From an uncultured Holophaga sp. (GTDB taxonomy: Bacteria > Acidobacteriota > Holophagae > Holophagales > Holophagaceae): a DNA stretch of 64,000 nt. Position numbers and translations under genes: made by a program. The stretch spans positions 1,920,001 through 1,984,000 of the forward strand of contig OY761614.1 of the NCBI GenBank assembly GCA_963664825.1. The letters run 5' to 3'. Shown here in pieces: positions 38,887 through 48,939 of this stretch; within the stretch, counting starts at the first letter, position 1, and the number at the start of each line of letters is the position of its first letter. Below the pieces are notes generated by a model. It was not told the DNA's origin. It worked only from the letters and a program-made list of their open reading frames with translations, and ran no database searches.

Positions 38887-39930
38887 CTCCGACCTCATCC
38901 GTCCGGCTTCCTTGGCGGGCTGCTCACCACCCAGGCGCACATAGTCCTCGTAGGCGATGGTCTGGGCGCGGATGAAGCCCTTCTCGAAATCCGTATGGAT
39001 GACTCCAGCGGCCTGGGGTGCCGTGTCGCCGATGTGGATGGTCCAGGCTCGCACTTCCTTGGGACCGGCCGTGAAGTAGGTCTGGAGGCCCAGGAGACGG
39101 AACGAGGCCCGGATCAGGGTGTTCAGGCCCGGCTCCTTGAGGCCAGCTTCTTCCAGGAACATGGGGCGTTCTTCTTCCGGAAGCTCCTGGATCTCCGCCT
39201 CGAGCTTGGAGCAGATGGGGATCACGGGACAGTCCCGTTCGAGCCCCGCCTTTTCCAAGGCCGCGAAATGGGCATTGGCCGATGGGTTGGGGATATCGGC
39301 TTCGGCGATATTCCCCACCAGCAGCATGGGCTTGAGGGTGAGGAGGCAGAAGGGCCTTAAGAGGACGCGCTCCTCCTTGTAGAGATCGGCGGTGCGGGCC
39401 CAGCGGCCGTCGTTGAGGGCCTTGTTCACCTTGCCGAGCACCAGCACCAGGGCCTGGGATTCCTTGTTGCCGCCCTTGGCGATCTTGAGGTGGCGATCCA
39501 GGGCCTTTTCCAGGGACTCCATATCCTTGAGGATCAGCTCGGTGTCGATGATGGCGAGATCGCGCACGGGATCGATACCGCCTTCCACGTGGGTGATATC
39601 CCCATCCTCGAAACACCGGACCACCTGCACGATGGCATCCGTATCCCGGATATTGGCCAGGAAGGCGTTCCCGAGCCCCTCGCCCTTGCTGGCGCCCCGC
39701 ACCAGGCCCGCAATATCGACGAACTCCTGGGCCGCTGGCATCACGCGCTGGGGCTTGACGAGGGTCGCCAGCCTATCCAGGCGCGCATCGGGCACATCCA
39801 CTACGCCCGTATTGGGTTCGATGGTGCAGAAGGGGTAGTTGGCGCTCGCGGCCCCTGCCCGGGTCAGCGCGTTGAAGAGAGTGGACTTTCCGACGTTGGG
39901 GAGCCCTACGATGCCGCACTGAACCGCCAT
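38830..39930 (-). CDS. ychF: Ribosome-binding ATPase YchF
   Basis: GLPNVGKS, NYPFCTIEPN, DIAGLV, IHTDFEKGFI. Confidence 0.97.
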   Translation of the reverse strand: MAVQCGIVGLPNVGKSTLFNALTRAGAASANYPFCTIEPNTGVVDVPDARLDRLATLVKPQRVMPAAQEFVDIAGLVRGASKGEGLGNAFLANIRDTDAIVQVVRCFEDGDITHVEGGIDPVRDLAIIDTELILKDMESLEKALDRHLKIAKGGNKESQALVLVLGKVNKALNDGRWARTADLYKEERVLLRPFCLLTLKPMLLVGNIAEADIPNPSANAHFAALEKAGLERDCPVIPICSKLEAEIQELPEEERPMFLEEAGLKEPGLNTLIRASFRLLGLQTYFTAGPKEVRAWTIHIGDTAPQAAGVIHTDFEKGFIRAQTIAYEDYVRLGGEQPAKEAGRMRSEGKDYVVQDGDVLNFLFNV

Positions 39931-39955
39931 TCGATCCTCCGAAAATCCAAGCCGT

Positions 39956-40834
39956 TCAGTCTCTCACGGAGCGCCCCTGGGCTCCAGCGGCGAGACTGGC
40001 GAGCAGGTCGGCGAATTTCTCCAGGGCCTCGGGGCATTCCTGGAGGAAGAGCCGCGGCTCCATGACCTCCACCTCCATGACGAGGGGCCTGCCCTGGGCG
40101 TCTGGCGCCAGATCCACGCGGCCATAGGTAGGAGCCACAGGCAGGGCGGCCATCACCTCGCAGGCGATCCTGCGTTCCTCTTCCGTGGGAATCACGCGTT
40201 CCATCGTGCGCTCGATGCCCACGCCTTCGGTGAGGGCCTGGGTGCGCTTCACGGCATGGGTGAGTTCTCCTCCGATGAAGAGGAAACTGCGCTCGCCGTA
40301 GGTCTCTACGCTGGAGAGGTAGGGCTGCAGGAGGGCGTCCCCCTCCTGGAGGAGTCCCTGCAGATGGATCTGGGCGGCGGGATCCTCCCCCCGGTAGCGG
40401 CCCGTGCGGTAGGCCCCCGCGCTGATGGCGGGCTTCACCACCACGTCCCCCCAGGCGGCGGCCGCACTGAGGGCGGCTACATTCATGTCCCTGCCGTGTT
40501 TCGCCAGGATCGTCGGCACCACGGGCAGACGCTTCGCGGCCAGTTCCAGCAGGTATCCCTTGTGATGGTTCCAGCGCAGGAGGGCGATGGGGTTCAGCAA
40601 CACGCTGCGGGAGGCCATCGCCTCGGCCCAGGCGAGAAAGGCTTCCGGATGCAGGTAGTAGTCCCAGGTATTGCGGATGACGCAGAGATCGGGCGTTTCG
40701 GTCGCGGCGGCTTCGGACGACCACACGAGGGGGAAGGCCTCCGCCCCCCGGCGGCGAAGGGCCTCCGCCAGCATCTGGTCATCGGTGAACAGATCCGGCA
40801 GTGTTTCGCAGGTGGCTAGGGCGATGCGCATCAT
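39956..40834 (-). CDS. ATP-grasp protein (RimK/glutathione-synthetase-like)
   Basis: WDY, VVKPAISAG, QPYL, GRVD, MEVEVMEP. Confidence 0.8.
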   Translation of the reverse strand: MMRIALATCETLPDLFTDDQMLAEALRRRGAEAFPLVWSSEAAATETPDLCVIRNTWDYYLHPEAFLAWAEAMASRSVLLNPIALLRWNHHKGYLLELAAKRLPVVPTILAKHGRDMNVAALSAAAAWGDVVVKPAISAGAYRTGRYRGEDPAAQIHLQGLLQEGDALLQPYLSSVETYGERSFLFIGGELTHAVKRTQALTEGVGIERTMERVIPTEEERRIACEVMAALPVAPTYGRVDLAPDAQGRPLVMEVEVMEPRLFLQECPEALEKFADLLASLAAGAQGRSVRD

Positions 40835-41706
40835 TCCTCCGCAGGGCAAGGGGGCGCGGGGCGTCGCACCGGGAACTGGACGAGGGCCACACCCGCCAGG
40901 ATGACGAGCATCCCCAGCAGCACGCGGAGCGTGAAGGCCTCCCGCAGGAAGAGACTGCCCAGGAGCACGGCCACCACTGGGTTGAGGAAGGAATAGGTGC
41001 TCATCTTGGCGGGGGGCCAGACCCGGGACAGGTAGTTGAAGGCCGTCTGGGTAATGAGGGAACCGAAGATGGCCAGGAAGGCCACGGCCAGCGCGGCCTT
41101 GAGGGTGAGCGACCCGTGAAGGAAGCCTCCCGTGAAACGCGTCATGACGAGTCCAAAGGCCCCGCCCGTGAGCATCTGGACGCCCACGTTGCCGAGGAGG
41201 CTATGACCCTGGACACGCTTGCGGGCGTAGAGGGTGCCGAAGGCCCACAAAAAGGTGGCCAGCAGGATGCCTGCGAGGCCCAGGGGATTCAGGGCCAGAC
41301 CCTGGCCCGGCTTCCAGGCGAGCACCGCCACCCCCGAAAAGCCCACGGCCAGCCCCAGGAAGGAGCGCCCGTTCATGCCCTCCCGGTTCATGAGGGCATA
41401 GAAGAAGGGCGTGGTGGCGCAGAGTATCGCCGTGAGACCGCTGGGGACGCGGCCTTCGGCCCAGGTGACGAGGGCGTTGGAGAGGCCTAGCAGGAGCAGT
41501 CCCTGGAACATCAGATGGGGCAGATCCCGGCGCAGGGGAGGCGTTTCTCCGCGTAGGCGGGCCAGGAGGAGCGCCAGGGCGCCGGCCGCAAGGTAGCGGG
41601 TGGCCACCATGCCGAAGGGCGTGAAGCTCGCGATGCCCAGGGCTATGGCGAAGTACGTGCTCCCCCAGACCAGGGCGCAGACGCCATAGGCCAGCCAGGC
41701 CATCAC
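40831..41706 (-). CDS. EamA/DMT transporter
   Basis: VWGSTY; about 10 TM; YSFLNPVVAVLLG. Confidence 0.92.
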   Translation of the reverse strand: MMAWLAYGVCALVWGSTYFAIALGIASFTPFGMVATRYLAAGALALLLARLRGETPPLRRDLPHLMFQGLLLLGLSNALVTWAEGRVPSGLTAILCATTPFFYALMNREGMNGRSFLGLAVGFSGVAVLAWKPGQGLALNPLGLAGILLATFLWAFGTLYARKRVQGHSLLGNVGVQMLTGGAFGLVMTRFTGGFLHGSLTLKAALAVAFLAIFGSLITQTAFNYLSRVWPPAKMSTYSFLNPVVAVLLGSLFLREAFTLRVLLGMLVILAGVALVQFPVRRPAPPCPAEE

Positions 41707-42212
41707 TTCCTGGTTTTCCTGGCCGTGGAAAGATCAGGGGGGAAGGGGCTGGGCCCGGCCTTGACGAAGTGGGTCTGCAGCACGATGGCCGTGCGCGTGC
41801 TCACCTGCTCGCCCAGGCTGCGGATGCGCCTCAGGCGGTCGTGGAGGCCCATAGGCGTATCGGCCACCAGCTTGAGCAGCAGGCAGTCCTCCCCGGCCAT
41901 GGAATAGGCTTCCAGCACATCGGGTTCATTGCGCAGGACCTCCAGGAAGGCGGCCTCCAGGGCGTCATCATCGCCGTGGCGATGGCGCACGGACACGAAG
42001 GCCACATTGGGTTTCTGCACGGCGGCAGGGCTCACCCGCGCACTGTATCCGGAAATGACCCCATCGGCCTCCAGGCGCTTCACCCGCTCGATGATGGTGG
42101 GGCGGCTGACGCCCAGGCGCTCGGCCAGTTCCGCGTGGCTGACGCGCCCCTCCTCCTGGAGGAGCGCCACCAGGCGTCGGTTGAGTTCATCGGACATGAG
42201 GGGTTTGGACAT
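41703..42212 (-). CDS. Lrp/AsnC transcriptional regulator
   Basis: LQEEGRVSHAELAERLGVS..RVKRLE.DGVI; MAGED. Confidence 0.92.
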   Translation of the reverse strand: MSKPLMSDELNRRLVALLQEEGRVSHAELAERLGVSRPTIIERVKRLEADGVISGYSARVSPAAVQKPNVAFVSVRHRHGDDDALEAAFLEVLRNEPDVLEAYSMAGEDCLLLKLVADTPMGLHDRLRRIRSLGEQVSTRTAIVLQTHFVKAGPSPFPPDLSTARKTRK

Positions 42213-42353
42213 GGGAAATACCTGGGAAGAGTGCGCTGAAGAGGCCATCTTCTCATGAGGAAGTCGGATTCGTTTGACGGTACGGAAAGTATTTGGCGAG
42301 TCGCCATCTTCTGCGCCTTCCAGGCTCCGATACACTGACTTCGAGGATCTCCC

Positions 42354-43190
42354 ATGGACTACGCGCGACCGTTCACCGATCAGAGTTTCTTTCTCATTGC
42401 GGGTCCCTGCGTCATCGAGAGCCGGGAGCACACGCACTTCCTGGCCTCCCAGCTTCGCGACTTGGCCGATGCCAGGGGCATCCCCTTCATCTTCAAGGCC
42501 AGCTTCGACAAGGCCAACCGCACCTCCCTGGGCAGCTACCGGGGCATCTCCATGGAAGAGGGCCTGGAGATTCTCGCGGAGGTGCGCCAGAAGCTGGGCA
42601 TCCCCGTGCTGACCGATGTCCACGAATCAGCCCAATGCGCCCAGGTGGCCCAGGCCGTCGATATCCTGCAGATCCCGGCCTTCCTCTGTCGCCAGACCGA
42701 TCTGCTGCTGGCAGCCGCCGCCACGGGGCGACCCGTGAATGTGAAGAAGGGCCAGTTCCTGGCCCCCTGGGATATGAAGAACGCCGTGGAGAAACTGCGC
42801 AGCGTGGAGGGTGCCGGTCCCGTGTGGGTCACGGAGCGGGGGGCCTCCTTCGGATACGGCCAGCTGGTGGTGGATTTCCAAAGCTTCCCGCATCTCCGCC
42901 GCACGGGGGCTCCCGTGATCTTTGACGCCACCCATAGCGTGCAGAAGCCCGGCGCCCTGGGCAACGCCACGGGAGGCGCCCGGGAGATGATCCCGACCCT
43001 GGCCCGGGCCGCGGCCACCTCCGTGGACGGATTCTTCTTCGAGGTCCACGAATGCCCCGAGAAGGCCCTCAGCGATGGGCCCAACGCGTTCTATCTCGAT
43101 CGCTTCGGGGACATGCTGGATCAGCTCCTGGCCATCTGGCGCGCCAGCCGCGGGGCTGCCCTGGGGGATCCTGCGGGCAGGACGCTCTGA
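42354..43190 (+). CDS. kdsA: KDO 8-phosphate synthase
   Basis: [36 protein letters not shown]. Confidence 0.97.
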   Translation: MDYARPFTDQSFFLIAGPCVIESREHTHFLASQLRDLADARGIPFIFKASFDKANRTSLGSYRGISMEEGLEILAEVRQKLGIPVLTDVHESAQCAQVAQAVDILQIPAFLCRQTDLLLAAAATGRPVNVKKGQFLAPWDMKNAVEKLRSVEGAGPVWVTERGASFGYGQLVVDFQSFPHLRRTGAPVIFDATHSVQKPGALGNATGGAREMIPTLARAAATSVDGFFFEVHECPEKALSDGPNAFYLDRFGDMLDQLLAIWRASRGAALGDPAGRTL

Positions 43191-43269
43191 AGCACCTGGA
43201 GAAGACGACGCCCCTGAAGGCGATCTTCCTGGCAAGTGCCTTGCTGACCTGCGGATTCACGGCGGAGGC

Positions 43270-43767
43270 CTATCTCGGAGGCGGGAATCCGCATCCCTGA
43301 TCCGCAGCGCGTCTTCCCGCCGTGTCCCGGCCGACGCAAAGCGAAGAGGTTCTGTATCGGAAACGGCCAGGGAACGGAGGCCTCTCCTTCGGAGCGACCT
43401 CGAGCGTGATGTTCATGCCGACGGGAATCAAAAGACCGGTGCCCAAGGCCTGGACGATGCGCCCCGCAAGCAGGATCTGGAAATTCTGCGCGAGAGCTCC
43501 GATCAAGCTCCCGACGATGAGAAGGCCTACGGAAGAAAGAAAGAGCTTCCGGGTGGAAATGCTCCGGTAGGCGAAGGAGGATACGGGAACCATGACGGCG
43601 GCTCCCAGCATGTAGGCCGTGGCCAGCCACTGGACCGTCGAGACGGACACGCCCAGATCGCTCATGATCGGTGAGAATCCGATGTTGAGAAACGTTTCGT
43701 TGAAGGTGGCCAGGAATGCCGCAAAAGCTGCGACGGCTATTGTCCATTTCGGGTTTCGGGATTGCAT
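43270..43767 (-). pseudogene. Truncated DHA2-type MFS transporter (N-terminal ~130 aa only)
   Basis: FNETFLN, VQWLATAY, LAGRIVQALG; family-like sequence ends after EVAPKER. Confidence 0.8.
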
Positions 43768-44248
43768 GGATAGACCTTTACTCGCGCAAGACGCATACAC
43801 AGACGCTCTCCGATGGCGGTGGATCCAGCGATCTCACCAAACGGGTCGCCCGTATTGGGTTATGAAACCGGATCGATGCGCATCCGCCGCGCCTAGTGCA
43901 TGCACAAGCAAGGCAGAGATTACGGATCGAACCAATTCGTCAGGAGACTGAAATCATCCGAATGGCCGGTGGCCCATTCAGGTAGCGCCGCGCCCGCTTC
44001 ACCCGCATTTGGCGGCGACCACGCGAAGATTTGCGGTTGTATTGCAAAGCGTCAACTCTTCTTGGATATCTGATTTCGGTGACCCATCCGCCATGGCTGG
44101 GAGTAGCCTTCGCTGAATGCCGGCTGCTCATCGCTCCGCACATAACACTTGCGGAAATGGTATCACGATCGGGGCGAAAACGGCCTCACTCCTAGGGGTT
44201 CCGATGATCCGTCCGGGACGAGAGAGACTGAGAACAGCGTTCCCGTTT

Positions 44249-45271
44249 TCACTTCCGCCTGTAGGCTTTCAGCGCCTTCTCCAGGCGCTCCAGGATCTCC
44301 TTCCTCAGCCATGCGGGTTCCAGCACCTCGGCAGCCTCGCCGAACTGGAGGATCCAGCGGCTGGCGCCATTGGGATGGGTGGCCTGGAAGCGGGCTTCCA
44401 GGCTCTGGCCATTCTTGGCGATGCGGGCCTGGAAATCGGGCAGGGCGGGGGGGGCCTCCTTGAGGGCTTGCACCCAGTGGGCGCCCTCGATGCGGAGCAC
44501 CACCTCGAAGGGCTCCTCGTCACGGGTCCAGCCGCCGATCTGGAAGCGGGCCGCGGCTTCCATGGGAGCCGCCTCCGGCACCTTCGCCTTGACCCCCACC
44601 TTCACGGGGCCGATGCGGTTGAGGCGCAGATGGATGGGCTTCCGCCGCACAGGATCCCAGGCCAGCAGGAAGGTGCCCCCCGAATAGAGATCGTGGGTGA
44701 GGGCATAGGGCAGCACCCGGTGGGGCGTGGGCGCCTTGGCTCCCGCGGCCTGGTATTCGACGATCAGTTCCCGTTCCTCCTGGAGGCCTCGGAGGATGGG
44801 CTCCAGCACCTCCGAGCCCTCGATGGGATCCTCCACGCCGCCTTGGACGCGCACGGCCTTGGCCAGCGCCTCGAAGAGGGCGCGGTCTCGGGTGGACATG
44901 TGGGCGCTGGCCAGGCCCTCCAGGGCCTCCAGCTTGTCCTGCCAGAGGAGCGTGCCGCTCTGGGCCAGGGTGAGGGTGGCCAGCCTCAGGGCCAGACGGG
45001 CGTCCCCGGTCACATGCTCGTCCCAGCTCGGGCCCTTGGCGACCCTGAAGTGCAGCACCGATGGGCGTCCCTCCCGGCTGCGATCGAGCCGGGCACCCTG
45101 AGCCTCCAGCAGGCCGAGGGCCCGATCCACGGTGCGTGTGCTGACGCCCCCGAGCCTGCGGGCGAGCTGGAGCTTGGTGACGCCCTTGGCACCAGCCTCC
45201 CGGAGCAGGGTCAGGGTTCTGCGCAGACGCTCGGCGTCCACAAGCCCTTCGGTGCGGATTTCGACCGCCAT
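44249..45271 (-). CDS. HTH-WYL-WCX transcriptional regulator
   Basis: N-terminal HTH (LARRLGGVSTRTVDR), WYL-like PYAL..FLLAW...LRLNRI, C-terminal WILQFG..AEVLEP..LR; GGAGG RBS. Confidence 0.9.
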   Translation of the reverse strand: MAVEIRTEGLVDAERLRRTLTLLREAGAKGVTKLQLARRLGGVSTRTVDRALGLLEAQGARLDRSREGRPSVLHFRVAKGPSWDEHVTGDARLALRLATLTLAQSGTLLWQDKLEALEGLASAHMSTRDRALFEALAKAVRVQGGVEDPIEGSEVLEPILRGLQEERELIVEYQAAGAKAPTPHRVLPYALTHDLYSGGTFLLAWDPVRRKPIHLRLNRIGPVKVGVKAKVPEAAPMEAAARFQIGGWTRDEEPFEVVLRIEGAHWVQALKEAPPALPDFQARIAKNGQSLEARFQATHPNGASRWILQFGEAAEVLEPAWLRKEILERLEKALKAYRRK

Positions 45272-45313
45272 GATGCCTCCAAATTTTTGGGATGATGAGG
45301 CAGAGTGGCTGGT

Positions 45314-45332
45314 ATGGACACAGGATGTCAAT
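45314..45332. promoter_or_regulatory. Candidate WYL operator overlapping a TTGACA -35 box
   Basis: ATGGACA-cagga-TGTCAAT inverted repeat, 6 of 7 bp matched. Confidence 0.5.
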
Positions 45333-45416
45333 GGAGGGATGCGGAAAAAAGAGAGGGAGCGGATTGCACCTTGCCTCACAAGGCGATGCAAGGTGCAATG
45401 GAAGGTGGAGGACTCC

Positions 45417-48400
45417 ATGCGTCATCTGTCCTATGCCCTTCTCGCGACCCTGGCCCTGCCTGGGGCTGCCCAGGTACCCGGGATCTCCAATCCGGGTTTC
45501 GAGGAATGGGCCCAGGGGCAGGCCGCGGGCTGGACGGCCACACTCGCACCGGGGGCCAAACTCTCGGCGAGTGGCCTCTTCAAGGCCGAGGGCGCTTCGG
45601 CCCTGAGGCTGGAACATCCCTCGGAAGGCGCGTCCTCCTTTGTCCTGAGTGCCCCCCTGAGGCTTCAGGTGGGCCAGCTCTACCGCCTCAGTGGATGGAT
45701 CAAGGCCCAGGGCGTGAAGACGGATCCGACGGCCCGCTACCCCACGGCCCTGGGCGCCTGCCTGTCCATGGCCAGCTTCCCCTTCACCAATGCCTCGCCC
45801 ACGGTGGCCGGCGATGGGGCTCGTCGCGTCTCCGTCACGTTTTTCGCCACCACCGCCACGGATCGTGTGCGCCTGGATCTGGGCCGCAATGGCCGGGCTT
45901 CGGGCAGCGCCTGGTTCGACGATGTGAAGCTGGAGAAGGTGGACGATATCACCGCCCACATTCCCCTGGAGACCGTGCGCTGGTCGGGCAGGGGCTTCCG
46001 CTACGAGGAGGGCGGCTGGGCCTTCGTGCACGTCGAAGGCGAACCCTATCCCCGGGGCCGCCAGTACGGTGAGCTGGTGGCCTCGGATCTGGCCCGCTTC
46101 ATGGACAAGACCGCCATCCAGAAGAATGCCCAGGATCCCGCCAAGGGCTGGGCCCAGGTGCGTCAGATGGCCGATGCCCTCTTCCTGCGCAAGTACGACC
46201 TGGAATACCTGGAGGAGATGAAGGGCATCGCCGATGGCGCCAACAAGGGCGGCGCGCGCTTCAAGGGCCGGGAACTGGATCTGCTCGATATCGTGAGCCT
46301 CAATTCCCTGGTGGACCTGGATTACGTGGACGGCGCCTCCCGGGTGACGGCCACGCCCCTCTCCGGTCGCAACTTCCTGAAGGCCGAAGAAGAGGCCGAG
46401 CGGGCCGGGAAGGGAGACCACTGCTCCTCCTTCGTGGCCACCAAGAGCGCCACCAAGGATGGCCGCTTCGTCATGGGCCAGATGTTCATGTGGGGCGGCT
46501 ACACGGGCGTGCAGTGGAACCTCATCGTGGATGTGATGCCCACCAAGGGTCATCGCCTCGTCTATCAGACCTTCCCGGGCGGCCTGCATTCGGCCACGGA
46601 CTGGTACCTGAACGGCGCGGGCCTGGTCATCGGGGAGACCACCGTGGGCCAGACCCCCTTCAATCCCGACGGGCTTCCCCAGAGCAATCGCATCCGCAAG
46701 GCCGTCCAGTACGCCTCCAGCATCGATGAATTCGTGAAGATCTTCAGCGCGAAGAACAATGGCCTCTACACCAACGACTGGACCCTGGCCGATACCAAGA
46801 GCGACGAGGGCGCCTGTCTGCTGCTGGGCACGAAGGCCTCCAGGCTCTGGCGCACGGGCTGCAAAGGCCACGCCGCCGATACGCCGGGGAACCTGAAGGA
46901 CTTCATCTGGGCCAATAACAACAATCGGGATCTGGCCGTGCGGAAGGAGTACGTGGCCAATGCCGAGAACACGCCCGTGGATCTGGCCTTCAATACCTGG
47001 AACCGGGATATCAGCTTCTGGAACTGGTTCCAGGAGAAGAAGGGCGCCATCGACCTCCAAGAGGCCATCCGCTATTGGGCCACCAGCCCCGTGCAGCGGC
47101 CCCACGCCTGTGATGGCAAGCTCACCACTTCCGAGATGGCCGAAAAGCTCATGTTCATCGCCCATCAGGGCAAGACGACCCTGCGGGAAAAATGGGTGGG
47201 TGGCCGCTACATCCCCGATCTGCCGGGCGCCGCGCCGCACCTCACCTATGGGTACACCACCTTCAGCCCCATCTTCGTGGCCGAGAAGCTGGAGGCCGCT
47301 CGGGACCGGGTGAAGCCAGAGGCGCCGCCCAGCCCCGAAAAGCGCGATCTCGCCAAGACCAAGGAGGCCGTGTCCTTTGACAGGAAACTGCTCTGGATCA
47401 ATACGGTCTTTCCCGCCACGGACGGGGAGAATTGGCTTTCCAGCGGGGACGCGGCCTATCACGCCCTGCTGCGGCATCTGCCCGAGGATCCTTCCAAGGC
47501 CTTCCTGGCCCAGCGCGAGGCCCTGTCCGAGTTGAACGCGCGCTACCTCTTCCTGGCCGCCCGGGAAAAGGAGGAGGCGCCTTTGAAGACCCAGACGGCC
47601 TATGACCGCTACGGCGCCTACCAGATGCCCCGCATCAAGGGCACCTTCGCCCTGCATCAGATGCGCCTCTGGCTGGGCAATGCCCTCTTCGCCAAGGCGA
47701 TGACTGAGGTCCATGAAGCCTACGCGAATAAACCGGTCCGCACGGGGGATTTCCTGCAGGCCGCCTCCCGCGCCGCGGGCCGCGATCTGAAACCCCTGCT
47801 CCTGCCCTGGCTGGAGCGGGTGGGCCTGCCGGATCCTGCCATCGAGGCCCGCGCTTCGAAGACCGACGTTGGTTTCGAGGTGACCCTCAAGGTGCGCCAG
47901 AAGGGCCCCTTCTATCCATTCGTCTCCATGGTCGAGATCCTGACCGCCAAGGGCAGCACCCTGGAGCGCGTGGAAGTGACGGCCCCGGAAGCGGCCTTCA
48001 CGTTCAAATGCGCCGAGCCGCCCACGCGCCTGGTCTTCAACGCGGGCAATGATATCCCCGTGGCCTCGGCCCTGCCCGCCGCCCTGCCCAATCTGCTGGA
48101 CGAATGGGAGAGGCTCCTCTTCGTGCCCGGCACCTCCCACCAGATCGAGGCGAACCGCAGCCTCCTGACCAATTTCAGGGACCAGGTGGCCGATACCTTC
48201 ACGGAGGTGCTGCCTGAGATCAAGCCCGACGCCGAGGTGACCGAGCAGGATCTGAAGGACCGGGATCTGGTGCTCTTCGGGGGCATCGAAGAAAACGCCC
48301 TGCTGGCGAGGCTTGCGGAAGAGGGCAAGCTTCCCGTGGCATTCGGCAGGGGATTCTTCCGTTTCCAGGGCCGCACCTACGCGGGTCCCGATGAGGGCGT

Positions 48401-48593
48401 GGCCTTCGCCATCCCCAGCCCCTGGAACCCCCGGCGCATGCTCTACGTCTACAGCGCCAACACCCGCCTCCAACTCTGGCAGATGACCAAGGCCTACCAG
48501 CGCGGCCTGCCCGGATGGGCCATCTGGAAGGGCGCCGAAGTGGTCTCCAAGGGCTTCCACGGAAGCGCCGGGTTGAGCGTGAGCTTCGAGTAA
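45417..48593 (+). CDS. Secreted multidomain Ntn hydrolase (C45/phospholipase-B-like) with N-terminal CBM-like domain
   Basis: Signal peptide; NPGFEE..AWFDDV; G.PY.RG.QYG, EEMKGIA.G, DHCSSF, NNGLYTNDW. Confidence 0.78.
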   Translation: MRHLSYALLATLALPGAAQVPGISNPGFEEWAQGQAAGWTATLAPGAKLSASGLFKAEGASALRLEHPSEGASSFVLSAPLRLQVGQLYRLSGWIKAQGVKTDPTARYPTALGACLSMASFPFTNASPTVAGDGARRVSVTFFATTATDRVRLDLGRNGRASGSAWFDDVKLEKVDDITAHIPLETVRWSGRGFRYEEGGWAFVHVEGEPYPRGRQYGELVASDLARFMDKTAIQKNAQDPAKGWAQVRQMADALFLRKYDLEYLEEMKGIADGANKGGARFKGRELDLLDIVSLNSLVDLDYVDGASRVTATPLSGRNFLKAEEEAERAGKGDHCSSFVATKSATKDGRFVMGQMFMWGGYTGVQWNLIVDVMPTKGHRLVYQTFPGGLHSATDWYLNGAGLVIGETTVGQTPFNPDGLPQSNRIRKAVQYASSIDEFVKIFSAKNNGLYTNDWTLADTKSDEGACLLLGTKASRLWRTGCKGHAADTPGNLKDFIWANNNNRDLAVRKEYVANAENTPVDLAFNTWNRDISFWNWFQEKKGAIDLQEAIRYWATSPVQRPHACDGKLTTSEMAEKLMFIAHQGKTTLREKWVGGRYIPDLPGAAPHLTYGYTTFSPIFVAEKLEAARDRVKPEAPPSPEKRDLAKTKEAVSFDRKLLWINTVFPATDGENWLSSGDAAYHALLRHLPEDPSKAFLAQREALSELNARYLFLAAREKEEAPLKTQTAYDRYGAYQMPRIKGTFALHQMRLWLGNALFAKAMTEVHEAYANKPVRTGDFLQAASRAAGRDLKPLLLPWLERVGLPDPAIEARASKTDVGFEVTLKVRQKGPFYPFVSMVEILTAKGSTLERVEVTAPEAAFTFKCAEPPTRLVFNAGNDIPVASALPAALPNLLDEWERLLFVPGTSHQIEANRSLLTNFRDQVADTFTEVLPEIKPDAEVTEQDLKDRDLVLFGGIEENALLARLAEEGKLPVAFGRGFFRFQGRTYAGPDEGVAFAIPSPWNPRRMLYVYSANTRLQLWQMTKAYQRGLPGWAIWKGAEVVSKGFHGSAGLSVSFE

Positions 48594-48677
48594 GGGAATG
48601 CGAGGGGCTCGCGATTTAATGAATGGCGTTTGACAATTCTGCGGGGGGGGACGATGTATTACCGTTAGGAGCTTCCT

Positions 48678-48905
48678 CTGAAGCGAATCATAATTTTCTG
48701 TTCTGCTGTGGCTGTTTCTTCGTTGATGTTCCCGGCCATGGCGGCGACCTGCGAGGTCAGGCCCATCGTGGCAGCAGATACAGGCAACGTGATTGGATGG
48801 GCTGCCACGGGGAACAAGGGCACTATTGTGGTCCAGGATCGAGCCAACGCCGGGGCCGCATGCACAAAAGTGACCGAGAAACCTCGTTCCGATGATCGGA
48901 CTTAA
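48678..48905 (+). CDS. Small secreted protein (75 aa, CTG start, two Cys in the mature part)
   Basis: AGGAG RBS 6 nt before CTG; MKRIIIFCSAVAVSSLMFPAMA-ATC signal peptide. Confidence 0.6.
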   Translation: MKRIIIFCSAVAVSSLMFPAMAATCEVRPIVAADTGNVIGWAATGNKGTIVVQDRANAGAACTKVTEKPRSDDRT

Positions 48906-48939
48906 TCAACGCAGTTGGGCCGACTAAAAAGGTGCTGTC

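Noticed and set aside
44198..44225. Hammerhead-like CCGATGA...GGACGAGA
   Set aside because: The conserved CUGAUGA and GAAA core is not matched and stems I/III are not evident
44520..48560. 1346-aa minus-strand ORF, and similar long ORFs at 14263-16026, 21938-23779 and 61840-63153
   Set aside because: Antisense shadows of motif-supported genes in high-GC DNA
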